A stretch of 64,000 bases of DNA from Blastocystis sp. Blastoise (GCA_039096225.1 JBBPEB010000030.1:930001-994000), one strand, 5' to 3'; shown: positions 1 to 29,000, counted from the stretch's first letter. The notes: generated by a model not told the origin, from the letters alone. Program-made: numbers and translations.

Positions 1-25
1 TTATAATACTTATTATTGTATATAG

Positions 26-1119
26 GCGTAATAAATCAGACTCTCCATTTTTCTTCAAATTACTCCGTCCTATACTGAATAAAAAGGCATATTTCTACGG
101 TTATATTAGTGAACAATTACTAGTTCATTCTTCTCTTATTCCTCTTCTTATGTCTATTTCTAAGAAAATTGAAATGAAAGAACTTACTGATGAAGTATAT
201 ATTATTTATATTATATATATTATTTATATTATATATATTATATATATTATATATATTATTTATATTATATATATTATATATATTATATATATTATTATAT
301 TATATATATTATTTATATATATTATTATATTATATATATTATAAATATTATATATATGTTTATTAAAGGTATTTATGACTGGAAAAAGTTATTCTATTTA
401 TAATACAATAGAGAACTATATGGAGAGAAATGTAATGGAAACTGATATGTTTATAGAAAAGAATACTCTATTCACTTCTCCTCATCCTCTTCTACCCGCT
501 GTATCTATTATTATTTTATTATATTATTAAATTCATATCATTTTATTATATTTATATTATTTTATTATATTTTATTTATCATATTTATATTATTTTATTA
601 TATTTATTATATTTTAATTAATTTCTTTATCTATATCTATATAGGAATATTTCTTCTTTACTTCTTCTGTATTTCAAAAATCAGAATTATTAAGTTTAGT
701 AGTGAATCGTCCTGGACTTCAAGAGTATCTCTTGAATATAATGCATCAAAGAGAAGAAGTCACCACTATCGATCTAACGCATTCACGTATATATAGAAGA
801 ATACTATTATTATTTTGATATATCAGTCTTTTTTAATGCTTATTTATATACATATATTTTAATTGTTTTCTCTAGTGATGACAATCTCATTAATCCCCGC
901 GGAACTTCGATATAATACGTATTATAAATCTTATGATTCCAAATGGAATTTCCAAAAAATGGGAAAAAACATTAAAGATGGATATATACATCTTGCAGAT
1001 TCAGTTCTATGTATATATTGTTCTAATTATTCTATTATAATTATTTATGTTATTATTATTATTATTATTATATATGTTATTATTTTATATAATTATAAAT
1101 AGGATATGATAATAGTAAA

Positions 1120-1184
<65 letters not shown>

Positions 1185-2250
1185 TATGAATCAAGAATCT
1201 AGGTATATTTATTCCCGTGGAAGTTTATATGATGATTTTATTACTGCGGTTCCTCTTTCTTTCTTAGAGAAATATATACCATCTCACTCTAGTATATATA
1301 TATATATTCTTGTATATAGACATAATTTATTATGCTATTATTATACTCTCTATAGATTGTATATATTATGCACATGGTTATGTATATGGCACTCTTCTCT
1401 CCCTATGTTCCAATCTCTATTCTTATTACTATACACAAGACTATTATCAATATATAAGAAATAATACAAATACTAGTAGTCAAAAGGGAAACAAGAACTA
1501 TGATCATTTCGATTTCTCTACGTATATTTATTTATTTGTTTTTTATTTATTTATTTTTTTTTTTTTTCTATTTATTTGTTTATATATATATTTATATATT
1601 ATATATATTAATTAATTAATTTATTTATTTATTTATTATTAATATTAGGATATATATAATTATATATATATACTCATAGTTCTGCCAAAATGAATGAGCC
1701 TGGATTATGTTCCCATTTCCGTGATTATATTCAACTTCCGTTTCGCGACCAAAAGAGGAAAATTATTCCATATTTCAACGTTCTATTTATTGACGGACCC
1801 TGCGTCATACATACTCTTCATTATATATCCTCTATACTCTCCTATATATATATATATACACTCAATTCTATATCTATTTATAATTTAACATATATATATA
1901 TATATTTCTATATATATATGTTTCTTTCATTCTACTACCTCTCACATCAATCGCCAATGTTCACTATTTTTGTCAAAGGACTGGATCTCATTGAAAACCG
2001 CGGTTATTACGACTTCGTAAATCAATACTTTACTATTGTAGATACGTATATTTTTTTATGTTCTATATATATATAATACTCAATTCCTCTATATATTACT
2101 CTTTCTATCATTATTTATAAATAATCTATCTTTATAATATATATATATAGTCTTCCAAATTATATTCCTGAAAAAGGAGATGGATATAGTAGCTATACAG
2201 TTCTTCATCCCCGCGGGAATAAAGACATTAATTTTGAATTACCTCTTTAA
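26..2250 (+). CDS. 3' part of a multi-exon gene of unknown function; the C-terminal region has a possible SAM-methyltransferase-like motif (VLFIDGP)
   Basis: GT-AG-bounded exons translate to RNKSDSPFFFKLLRPIL..., NRPGLQEYLLNIMHQREE..., MNEPGLCSHFRDYIQLPF...VLFIDGP..., KGLDLIENRGYYDFVNQYFTIVD... and ...HPRGNKDINFELPL*. The stop is TAA at 2248-2250. The 5' end is outside the window. Confidence 0.6.
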
Positions 2251-2283
2251 TCTTCGATCATTATCTTTAGTATTATTTTTTCT

Positions 2284-2331
<48 letters not shown>

Positions 2332-3239
2332 CTTTTCCCTTATGTTTTTTGTATCTTTATTTTTTATACTGAATATCTTTTCTCATTCTTTTGAAATATA
2401 TCTACCTTCAACATAGTATTCCCTTCTGCTCTATTTTATTCATTCTTTATATATATATATAGTCTTTTTTTAATCTATTTATAATACAAGTGTATATATA
2501 TTATTTTTCGGTAATTTTCATTTAATTATATATATATTTTTTATTGATTAATATATTCATAAAACATTTCCATAATTATTAATCTTTACATATTTCTAAG
2601 TATGTCTTTTTCAAACTCTCTTGTATATCAACTATATTTGTTCATTCTATATATTATCTATTATTTGCTTTTCATTTATATATCGTTTTCTTTAATTCTA
2701 TTTCATACATGTTTTTTACATTTTTATTGTTATCTTAATGCTTTTCTTCCTGTGAATTACATCAAATCATTATATTTATCAAGTCCCAAGTAAATATACA
2801 CATGTATATATTTCACAAAAATATTCGGTTTTATTGTTTTTTTTTTCAATTGTTTTTATTTAATTATCATTTGATAATCTTTTCTTATCCCTATATTATC
2901 TTTTTTTGATGTATATATATAAATAATATTTTATTTAGCTATTTTTTACTAATTAAATTTTTCTTATATGTATATATATACACTATTATACTTTTACTTT
3001 TCAGATATATTTTTAATTATTTTTTTTTATATATTTATGAACTTTTAAAAAATACCTTATTCATAAATATTCCTTTTTTATTATTAATATTGTTATTTCA
3101 AATTTAAAACAAAACCATTTTTTGTTATCCATAATTATGATATAAATAAACTAAATAAGCATTCATAAAAATATAAATATTATTATTATTTATTTTTATA
3201 TATTTTTCTCAATATATATTCTAATCTTTAAATATAAAT

Positions 3240-5372
3240 TCATTCCGATATATATTCATTTTCTTCGTTACATTGGCAAGTATCGGACAGTTCTACACTT
3301 ATATTTAATATTGTATTCATATGATAATCTTTATCTTCTTCATAAAGTGATAAATTGTTTAAAAAATAACACACGCTTTTTTTTATAATAGCTAAATGCT
3401 CATGTAAAGAATTAGGGTTGACTCCATTAAATGAATCTAGATATAATATGTATTATTATATATAATTTAATATAATAAAAACAATTAAATTATAATTAAA
3501 TATATATATATATGTATACCATCATAAAAAAAATTATATAGTTTTGGCATTGTTTCCAAGGAAATGACATTTAATAATTGTAATAAATACTTCATGAAAT
3601 CCACAAAACAACAAGAATAAATCATATTGAAATCTAAAAATAGAATAATATATATATATTTATATATTATACCATAATAATAAAAATCTTGAATGAAAGA
3701 CAATTCTTTATTTTGAATCATATCGATAAGGATCTTTTGAGCATCTTCTTCTAAGATAATATCTACATATATTATATATACAGAATATAATCCTAGATGA
3801 ATCATAAATACAGTTAAATTCGAGAGTTGTTAATGTTTTTGTTTCACTTTGTTTTATATAATTACTCAACGATTCCATGAATTCTTTATGAAGACTAAAA
3901 TCTAGTATTCATAATAATAGGAATAATAGTGTATAAAACATACCAGATATACTTAGTTTTTGTATAGGAGGTGGATTCGATATATTTATAAAGGTATAAT
4001 TTAAAGGGAAATAGTTACAATCATCATAATGATCATCTAATAATATATATAAAATAGTAATATACATAAAATATTTGTATATATAAAATATAAAAATATG
4101 TTAATTATTAATATATAAAATAATAATTAAAATCAACAACTATGGAGTATATTATAGTTATAACATAATGTATATATAATTTAAATACATATATTCATAT
4201 GTTTAAGATTTGGGAAGTTATATTTATTGATTGTGGGTACTATATTTTCATTAATGAATTTTTGTTCTTCGAAGTTCTTGTCTTCAGATTGGCCATCTAT
4301 AAAATAAAAATAGTGTTATTGATAAATATAATATTATAAAATAACAACGAAATAATTTTATAATAATGAATAGTATATATTGAATATACTAATAAAAATA
4401 TACTAAAAACTATTAAAATAATATTGAACAAATATATAATAATATATACAATAATTAGAAGTCAAGAATTTACACGATAATATATATAACAAACAAAATA
4501 CTCAATTAGTTATAAAAAGTATATATTATAAAAGCATATCGATATATACCTGAACAAAAAGAGATAGAAAGAGCAGTAATTGATGTAAATACTTTTGAGT
4601 TAATCATTTCTACAGCTAACTCAATATCTTCTTTACTTATATAGCCTATAAAGAGATCATAATTACATATATAAATATGATTACATCAAATATATAACAA
4701 ATAATATATAGTATATACATATATCTAACGCTATATTTGGACATAACGATATAGCTAGTTTATAGGAAGGAATTATTTTGTTATATTTACATAAAGAGTA
4801 GACTATATAGATAATAAATGATTTCTAAATACTATCATACGATAAATTTGTTTATAGTCATCAAAATTGGATATTCTATGTATTCAGAAAGTGTTTACAG
4901 AGTAGTACTATTAAATGTATATATTCTATTGATTCTGTATATCTTTTTATATTATAATAAATATACTGAGGTGTTGCACGGATAGATTCTAGAAATTCAA
5001 AAAAATCTTCGATGATTATCTCTTTCAAATCGTTGAATAAGTAGTTATCATTAAACATGTAGATTATGAATGTTTCATATATTTCTTTAATAAGTGATGT
5101 ATGGTATCTTAAATAAGATTTATCATTGTTTTCAAGAATCTCCTGGATTAGACTCAACTTTAATGGTGGAGAATCAACATACCAATCTTCACAATCTTTT
5201 ATCTGGTTCTCGTTGTTTTTTATTATATCAAGCAACAATTCAGGTTTATATTTTTCTAGGAAATCTTTGGAAATTTCCATTGTTGATTCATCTTGAAAAC
5301 GAAAGGTGTCTATAATGAATATAAATTCATAGCATATAACAAGAAAATAAGTGAAAACTTACAAAAAGACAT
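3240..5372 (-). CDS. BTB/POZ-like N-terminus + LRR-like protein, paralog A (multi-exon)
   Basis: Spliced start MSF|YTFRFQDESTMEISKDFLEKYKPELLLDII...EDWYVD parallels the neighbouring paralog (DFVFQDEEHLHIHKLIIDKYPDS...EEYYID). It contains LRR-like FPNLKH-type exons and ends ...NEYISE* (TGA 3240-3242). Confidence 0.6.
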
Positions 5373-5623
5373 TTCTTATATTTATTTAAATATCATTCAT
5401 GGTATAAAGTTTAGAAAAGGATCAAAATATAAAAACAGGTTTTATTTTTTTTCGATTTTTATTCTTGACTTATTTTAACAACAAAAAATATATAAAATAA
5501 ATATATATTCTAATTAAACAATTACACGAAAGCTAGAGAATAATGTGAGCAAAACATATATAATATAGAAAAGTGTAAATACAAAAAACAATGTCATATA
5601 TTGATATTTTCAATATATAAATT

Positions 5624-8600
5624 TTATAAATAAGATGCAAAAGATAATTCTCTGTAATATATTGGGTTATAGTTAAAATTAATGGAATACAATTTAATAT
5701 GTGATTTCATTTTGTCTATGAATCCATCAACTATATTTTTATCGTGATAGCAATAATGTATAGAAAGAGAAGACAATTTGATAAATAATCCATCAGAGAT
5801 CGCTTGCATAATAAATTCATTGAATTTTTGTGAGTAGACGCATATAGTTAAAGATGTTAATTTGGAGAAATAGCTGTTTTGTATAATTTTTTTGACTGAT
5901 TCTTCATAACAAGAAATATATATATTGAGTTGTTCATAGTTTATTTTGCTATTCAGAGAATCATCACAATACATAGATGCTATATAGAATAGTATGTATT
6001 AAAAATGATATATATATATAAATATGTACATGGAAAGAAATTATATTGAAATTCCTGGATTGTTTGAAGAATGTTTGAAAAGTTCTCATGATTAAATAAT
6101 AATGTAGTTGTTTCTGGAGAACATTCACCATAAAGCGATGCTATGATAAGAATAAAGCATTTAGAAATAATAATAATAAATTATATATGTATAGTATAGA
6201 GAACACACAATAGGAATATTTAAACGTATATAATTGTGGAAAGGATAGACTCTTTAGATTTTGAAGAAAACGAGATAAAACTTCATAGCTAACCGATAAT
6301 ACTATACATATATATATAAATGTAATACGATTTAATGGTAGCATATATAATAACAAGAAGAAGAAAAATATAGTTTATATAAATAACAAGAAGAAGAAAA
6401 TTATGGTTTATATAAATAACAAGAAGAAGAAAATTATAGTTTATATAAATAATAATAATAAGAAAATTATAGTTTATATAAATAATAATAATAAGAAAAT
6501 TATAGTTTATAGAAATAATAAAAATAAAAAAAATATAGTTTATATAAATAATAATAATAAAAAAATTATAGTTTATATAAATAATAATAATAAGAAAATT
6601 ATAGTTTATATAAATAATAATAATATAAAATTATAGTTTATATAAATAATAATAATATAAAATTATAGTTTATATAAATAATAATAATAAGAAAATTATA
6701 GTTTATATAAATAATAAAAATAATAAAAATATAGTTTATATAAATAATAAAAATAAGAAAATTATAGTAAAAATATACACTTGATATTTATAGTTTTAAG
6801 ATGACTTAAATCATTTGAATCAAAGAATTGTTTGAGTCTTTCCATATTCTTTAATGAATTATTCGTTTGTTCAATACGAATAGTTAATTCAGATAGATGA
6901 GAATTCTTAAAATAACCTTTTTTCTCTTTTAAGGATTCGCCAAAGTGACTATCAACATTTACTATTTATATAAATAAAATAAATAAATAAATACATATAA
7001 TTACTAAAATATAAATAAAAAAAAATAAAATATAATATATATTTTATATACAAACTAATGAATAAAACTTCTCTTTTATAACACCATTATCAATTAAAAT
7101 ATCACAAAGATACGAATATTCTGGATCATTACCTTAATAGTATTTATGTTTAAAAAGAAAATATATAATAAATAAAGAATAAAATAGTCAAAAAAAAAAA
7201 TGTTATGTTTTTTATATAAAGAAAATAATATATATATACTTAGTCCATCAACAATAAATTTATGTTTTGCGCTTAACGAAATAAGTGTTTTTAGAATAGT
7301 TTTATAGTAATCACTACTGTATGTATGCATTCCTTCCATAAGAATAGTGTCAAATAACAATAAATTCTTCTCAGTAAACAATTTAATAGAATCACCTAAA
7401 AAAAATAATTAATAGAAAACAAATGTAAAAAATGAATAATATATATAAATATAAAAGAAGATGCAAAATAATAATATTAAAATAAAAGAAACTACACTTA
7501 TAGTATACAATATACTTGCCACATCTGTCAGATCTAAGGTATGTAAACGCGGGAAATTATCTTTATTTATACAACTAAGTAAATTCTCATATTCTTCATC
7601 AATCTCTGATTGTGACATATATACACCTTTAGAACAAGAATAAACATAAATCAATTATATATAAGTTTACCTTTAAAAGAAATACAAGTAACTTTTGGAA
7701 AGGAAATATTTTTTAAAATATATTTTAATAATCGGATTCCATATAAATTAGTATTATGAAAAGATCTTCCAAAAAATAAAGTTGTTATATTTGAAAATAT
7801 ATTTTCTTTGTAGGCATTTAATAATGGAATAACAGAAATAGAGTCGTGAATAACTTGTGAAACACTGTGACAAATATCCAATTGATATATATAGGATTGA
7901 ATTTTTGTGGATAACCCATTATATATACTTTATATATAGAAATAATAATTGTGTAAAATATACAATAATAAAGGTGCTTCTGGAGTATCACCTATGTATT
8001 AGAAACAAAAAGTTATATTTAAAGAAATAAGATAATAAAAATCAATATCTTTAAGAATATACTTGATTCCTCAAAAACAAATGAATAAAGATCGACGTGA
8101 CTTTTTTTCATTTCTTTTGTTACTATCGGTATATAATTCTTTGTATACTCAATCTCTATATAATCTATATCATTATATAATTTAGGGAGACGACTTTTCG
8201 GTTGTCGTTTAGGTAAATAATCATGGGAATCCTTAATTCTCTTTTTCCCTTGAGTAGTTTTAGTATCCGATAATTCTGGATAACAAGTTGAATGAAGTAG
8301 ATGCTTACTTTATATATATAGAAAATATTCATTAAAACAATAATTGTTATTATAATAACAATTATAAGAATGACTCAAAGTGAGAGTAAATTTTTAAATT
8401 ATAATAATATTATATATATATAATATATTAATTAGATTAAGAAAATATAGATACCAATTTTCATTATATTGCTCTAATTCTTTTTTCATAAAATATTCTT
8501 TTTTATTTTGTGACCTCATGATACCACTCCATTTAATCCCATCTCTATAGTCTTTCAAATACTGTTCACTTATTGGATCCAAAAGAGATTCAACATATTT

Positions 8601-9650
8601 TATATACATATAAGCTATATACATAATCATAATAAAATATATACTAATTATGTTTAAATACGTCGAATAGAGTATATCTGTATTGAAGGAAAGATTTCTA
8701 AAAGATTTGAAGGATATATATAATCCTTTGGAAGCTTAGAACTAAATGCAACTATAAATAGATTAATAAGAATAATAATATATAATAATAACAAATATAT
8801 AATAATAAATATATAATAATAAATATATAATAATAAATATATAATAATAAATATATAATAATAAATATATATATAATAATAATAAATATTTAATAATAAC
8901 ATCAATAATAATAAACAAATATATAGAATACATTCAAGAATGACTATTTGAATATGAAAAAAAGAGTATAAATAACGATAAGAAAGAAGTCCTTCATTTC
9001 GATTTGAAGTTATAATTGCTATATATTTATATTATTGAAAAAAGCAAATAAATATAAATATAAATATAAATATAAATATAAACACACAACAACAAAAAAC
9101 TATTAAAAAACTTACATGTTAGTTGTAATACTTTTGGTTTTTCGTCTAATAACTGAGATGACTCCTTCAATTCATCACCACATTGAAAAAAACTTTTATC
9201 ATGATTTATAGCCATTGTTTCCTCAGTATCCAAAAAAAAGATCTGATCATGATTCGTTGAAATATATTGAAAGAGACAATTTGACATGTAGTCTAGAATC
9301 TGTTTCTTATATTCATCACCATTCTTAGGAAAAAAGAAAATAATAATTGAAGATATGTCAATTAAGTCACGAAATGACACAGATGAATCCAACTTCATAT
9401 CATCTTTCATAAATTGAACAAGTTCTGAAACGTGAGTACTTGGAAAATCAATATAGTACTCTTCACTATCATCATTATTTTCACTTTGTTGTTGTCCTGA
9501 AACTTCACCAAAAATAGAATCAGGATATTTATCTATAATTAGTTTATGTATGTGAAGATGTTCTTCATCTTGAAAAACGAAATCAACTATACAAAAATAT
9601 TAATATATTTAATTGAATCATTTCTTTTATATACGTTGCAGGTCATTCAT
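5624..9650 (-). CDS. BTB/POZ (KCTD/T1-like) + LRR-like protein, paralog B (multi-exon)
   Basis: Spliced N-terminus MNDLQ|LDFVFQDEEHLHIHKLIIDKYPDSIFGEVSG...EEYYIDFPS...LVQFMKDD resembles the T1-type BTB pattern (KYPDSML...EYFIDR...ILxFLR). Downstream motifs FPKVTCISF, NFPRLHTLDL, FPQLYTF, FSKLTSLTI and FIKLSSLSI are LRR-like. Confidence 0.65.
6352..6770. repeat. Intronic ~33-bp minisatellite (AAAATTATAGTTTATATAAATAATAATAATAAG), about 12 copies
   Basis: Tandem units are directly visible and account for the spurious KIIVYINNNNK ORF. Confidence 0.9.
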
Positions 9651-9768
9651 TATGAACAATATATTTTTATTCAATATGAATTTAAAAAGAAAATGATCAA
9701 TCCAAAATAAACATAATAAAACAAGTTTTAAATAAAAGAAACACAAAAAATACTTCGAGATTTTTTTT

Positions 9769-9932
9769 GGGCAGTTACAGGGATCGCTATAAACACTCTA
9801 CTGGAGTACAAAATTCCCACAAGAACCGACTTTATGAGTAGTTTTAGACGCTCAAGGTATACGATATAAACCTTCTGGGGTATAATCCCTACCTTAAAAG
9901 CCTAAGGCAAGCGCTGTATCAATAAGGGCTTC
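9769..9932. other. GC-enriched non-coding island with several hairpins; candidate structured ncRNA or TE remnant
   Basis: About 165 bp, much richer in GC than its flanks, with stops in all six frames. Hairpins: ACTC-tactg-GAGT, AAGGT...ACCTT, GGG-gtataat-CCC and GCC-taa-GGC. Confidence 0.3.
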
Positions 9933-10682
9933 TTTATATATCTTTTGTATATTCTTTTAATTCTTATTCTTTCTCAACCAAGATGTATTTTTGGATTAAT
10001 AGTAAATTGCATTTCTGTTTTTGTTGTAAAGAGATTTGAATGATACAGTGACCATTATCCGATTAGATTATGTCAAGTAATACATTTAAAACATATAATA
10101 AAGTTCAAAGATAGATTTAAAAAAGTAAGTTATAATTGATTCAAATTATAGAATAACAATAATTATCATATTAATCATTTTTAGACGTAATGAATATATA
10201 ATCTTCTTAATAGGAATGAATAATGTTTGATTGAAATATTTATGTGATAATTAGGTTGATGTATTTTATGCTACTTAGTTTAACGAAATAATTATAGAAT
10301 TCAAATAAGGAAAAACACGATATCATGTTTTTTTTTCATTTAATTAGTATTGTTTATGGTTTTCCTTTTATTAGTTGATTGATTTCTTTTAAGTGCTAAA
10401 ATATATTATTATTCATGTTTGCATGCTGATATATAAGTGAGTCATTATAATGATAAATATAAAATAAGATCATTTTTTAAGAACTAGTTTTTATCATTAA
10501 TATATGAATGATTTATTAACTTTTTTAATGTGAATTATGTAGGCTTTAAAGAAAAATGCATAACTGAAACAAAACACAAAATAATAATTTGTGAAAAGAA
10601 ATAATCAATCTATAATTATATGAAAATGAATATTAATAATATATATATATATAATTATATTACATAAAAAGAATTAGTATTA

Positions 10683-24277
<13,595 letters not shown>

Positions 24278-24632
24278 TTTCAATTCGTAAAGATTAGATG
24301 ATTCTCAGTATTTTTAAATATATAATTCAATGACAACTCTGAATTAAATACTTTAAAATGATGTGTTTTGAAAAATTACAAAAAAAATTCTGAAAAAAAA
24401 ATACATATCTGATTGTTGCTGAAACAATTCAAAAAATTCTATTGTTTTCATAACTTGGGAAAATAGTATTTTTAGTATAAATACAATTAAAAACCGTGGA
24501 AATCAAAGAATCAAAAAAAAAAGCCGCCAAAAGCAGATGATTTCTTGTTTATAGAAAAAAGTGGAACTTAGAGAAGGTTTCTCGATAAAAGGAATCGAAA
24601 TACAAATAGATCTAGTTTATTTTCATTTTTTT

Positions 24633-24684
24633 GAGATAATTGACTCAGGACACTCAGAATTATCAGACTTGACTCAGGACAGTG
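24633..24684 (+). repeat. Left TIR of the MULE
   Basis: GAGATAATTGACTCAGGACACTCAGAATTATCAGACTTGACTCAGGACAGTG is the exact reverse complement of 44303-44354. It contains two TTGACTCAGGACA repeats (24640, 24669). Confidence 0.97.
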
Positions 24685-24849
24685 GTCTTCGGCTCATTCT
24701 ACGAGTGGGGACTTTAAAAATGTTTAAAAATAATACTGGGAAAAACTCTATGTTTATTTTTTATTGACTCTTGAAGGGTATTGATATATTGATGTATATA
24801 TGCTATATAAGTATCTTTAATATGTATATATAGTATAGTATATATAGGA

Positions 24850-25450
24850 AAAGTGATAAGAATGGTATAAGACGGCATTAACATGGTAAGATGGTAATGG
24901 TATTCTATTCTATGGAGTTATGACGTTGTCTGATGTCTTTGAATTGCGTTTTTAATGTAGTGATGAGAATAAGATAGGTATATAATGAATTAAGTAATTA
25001 TGAACATTAACCTTAAAATATCTCTTTAGGCTTCTTCCTTGTTACAGTCATTCTAGAATGGTATACTCTATCATTATATAGGATAAAAGAATGAGATTAG
25101 TTATATTCATAAAAGAATTGGCATCATTATGGGTGTTTATGGTTAATTAACTAATAAAGTTTTCATATTCAATTAGAATGATGTTCTTGATGCTAATTAA
25201 TCTATTAAGAAGTTATATATATATATTATCAATAAATGGAAATGGATTAGGTGCTGTTATGGATTGTTTCTGTTTTATCTTATTAATTATGCTAGTATGT
25301 ATAATTATAGTCATTTAGGATTATTGAATAGTCATATTGGTCATAGTTTATTGGAATTGATCTGGTCAGCCTGCTACTGGATTGTATGTTATTTGATTGT
25401 TATTATACTATTAGAACTCCATTATGATATTACTATATATGTTTAATAGA
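24850..25450 (+). pseudogene. Possible decayed membrane-protein fragment in the MULE cargo
   Basis: Hydrophobic Gly-containing stretches (LGFFLVTVIL, IGIIMGVYG*, GLGAVMDCFCF, LLELIWSACYWIVCY) are broken by stops and frameshifts. Confidence 0.3.
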
Positions 25451-25499
25451 TTAAGTCTTTAAAAATATGAATATATATGTTGTTTTGTTTAGAATTAAT

Positions 25500-26033
25500 A
25501 TGTGTAAATAATATAATACACAACAATAATATAACGATACTAAATAGAGTATACTAATAGAAAATATATATATAAAGTTTTCAGTTATAGAAATAAACAC
25601 AGAAGAAACTAGGAATATATAAGAAAGAAGATTTTTAAAACTAAAGAATAAAAAGCGTTTTATAATAATAATAATAATAATAATAACTAACTTTATAGAA
25701 ATTAAAAGGAATAAATATAAAATATGAATAAGAGCATATTAATAATATATTACGTTTCAAGATAGAATGATGTTGAGTAACAATTGTTGTTAAAAAAATA
25801 TATCTAAGTATAAAGTACAATATATACTTTAAATAATATACATAGAATCAATATTAATATCATATATAAAAGAGAAATCACCTCTATAACAATGTATAAT
25901 GAATATATATAAACCATAAAGTGTATAGAATATTCAGAATAATAATATGAGTAATGAAGAAAGAAGTATAAGGAGACTCTATATATATCAAGTAGAAAGT
26001 AATAATATATATTATTTATTATATATAATTATG

Positions 26034-26066
<33 letters not shown>

Positions 26067-29000
26067 GTATATACGTAAATAATAGTTATCTAAATAACAA
26101 ATAATTACTATTATATATATATCAAGTATATAATAAATGTTCATAGTATTCGAAATCACCCAAGTAAAATATAAATAAACCAATTACTATAGATATAACA
26201 TAATAGAGTATATGTAATTAAGTTATTATATATATACTATTAATACTCATGACATTATATATAATATAAATATATACTTAAGTAGATACACCAAAAGCAC
26301 TATAGATATAATTTAAGTATCAAACATATTATATATTTCTTTAGTAGTATAACCTTATCTATATAAAAATATATTTTATAAACCATATATAATACACAAA
26401 GTAGAATATACAATGTATATATTAAATATAAAAGTTATTGTATAATAGAAAGAGAATATAGAATAGTATATATAGTATATGTATACTATTATATATATTC
26501 TATGTTGTATATATCTAAACATAAGATTGATTTATCAATATGATAATGAATCATTGAAAACCTATAAAATATTAAAAAGAGAAATATATATAGTATACCT
26601 TACAGTTATAGTATATATTGTGTAGATAGATGAATAAAGTAGCAGAGTATAAGGGTATTAATGGTTCTCTTTTCTATTTTACTTTTTCATGTACAATAAA
26701 CCAGAAAGAGTAGAAGAAGTATAAGAATATTATAATATCTTATCAACGAAGGATAAACCATATAATACTCAGATCTGATATTTATATATTATTCATTCTA
26801 TAAAAAGATAAAATTAAATATATAATAATATGAAATTAAAATAAAAGTTATAAATAATCAATATAATATGATCTAATAAAAATATATATAATATTAAGGT
26901 AATAATTCTTATATACTATATATTATTTATGTATTCTATAATGTAACAACTATGTAGACACATATTATATATCCACTCATATAATCTAAACTAGACACAT
27001 AGCATATATTCCATGTTGATCACTGACATACTATATAATGATATTACTATCTATATTTTTTATATCAATATCAGTATAGATATAATATATATATATATTT
27101 TAGTATGTATAACATATATACTTTCAATATAATCCATGATACTGCTACTATATATTATATACTATATATTAAATTATATTATATTTATATTATTCAAATA
27201 TATTAATAAATAAAGTTAATATTTATATACCTTCAAATGATACTTTTTGTTATTATTTAGAATAAGAATTGAGTTACTATGTGAATCAGGAAGGAAGCCA
27301 TTATAACTAATCTAATAGTGAAATGATATATATAAGTTGAAGAGAGTCGATGAAGATGAGAAAGATATATTTGATTGTATCTATATATAGATAATATATT
27401 AATAACATAAACAATAAAAGTTTATTGGATAAGAAATTATAATAATATATATATATATATATATAATATAGTGGCTATATACAATAAATTAATATAGAAT
27501 AGTATCGTTATAAATCTGCTTATAATCGCCAGTAACTATATAAGTATATTGTTTAGGATTTATATAATATAATAATATCAATATGATTATATAATAGAAT
27601 TCTTAAAACAGCAAACTTATATAAGTTAATATGGAATAATAATAATATAAATTATTTATATACAATATAGAGTAGTTAAAAAAGGACTTTAAATAGTAGT
27701 AGGAAACAATACTAATCCATAATATATAATCATCTAAGTTTATTCCATTAATACTATATATATAATAGTATATACTTAATAAAGATAAAGTACCATATAT
27801 ATACTATTATATATATATTTAACAAATATTATAAGAATAAATACTATATATATTATGTTATATATAGAGTATATGCTTATATATATACTTGAATAACCCA
27901 TTTTTAAATATAAACCTATCCTTTTGAATATAGTTAACGTATTCTATACCTATATAATGATATAAAAACATATTTATATATAGATATATACATAAAAATT
28001 ATAATATATATATATATATATTGAATCATACAAAAGTTAATAATACAGAAGAATAAATAATAAAATGAATAGAATAATATACATAAATATAAGCTTCTCA
28101 ATATGAATAGGAACAGAAGGAGAGACTAGTAAGTATAGATATCTTATTGAGTACCTTAAATAGTTCTACTTATTCTGTATATATAAGAAAAACTATAAAA
28201 CTATATAGAGTATTTATATATATATTAATAGATGAAATATGAAAATCTATAATATCTACATATAAAAAGATAAGAAAAACTATAGGTATAGGAATAGTAG
28301 TTATATATATACCTCTATAGGTAATAGAGACAACTGAAGATCTTTCATAATACATAATAAACAAGAGATTATATTCAATTTGAACTATATACATATAATA
28401 CATGATATATAAATAAGAAATATACAATGAAAATAGAATTTATAACATTATAAATAATTCAAAGAACTTATTAAAAAGAATTTATATACATAACTATTAA
28501 CACTGATGAGAATATAAATAGAAGAAAGAAGGCCATTTGTACTATAAAGAAACAACTATATACATATATATAAATATATTTATATTTAAATTTATATACA
28601 AAAGTTATATAAAACTAATGTGTACCAAATATATTATGTTTTATAATGATTCTTTGAATAGAATAATAGATACCAAATAAATACCACTTCATGTAGTATC
28701 ATTTCTTCTGAGAGTTTTTCTATAAATATATACATAAATACGAATCATAAAATAATAGATAATTTATTAATAGAGAAGTAATCTAAAATATCTATAGAAT
28801 AATTATACTTTATATAATACCTGACTAATCATAAGTGTTTTTATATAAATAGATTATAAGTATTCTTAAACAACAAGCAGGTAGAAATATCTATATTTGT
28901 ATAATATAACCTATATATATGTTTAAATATAGATATAAATATCTATAAACTTTAATATAAATATATCTATACATATTAATATTCGTATATATCTATATAT

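Noticed and set aside
9828-9845. Partial similarity to the U12 snRNA 5' region (CTTTATGAGTA)
   Set aside because: The branch-point pairing sequence GTAAGGA is missing and the match is too short.
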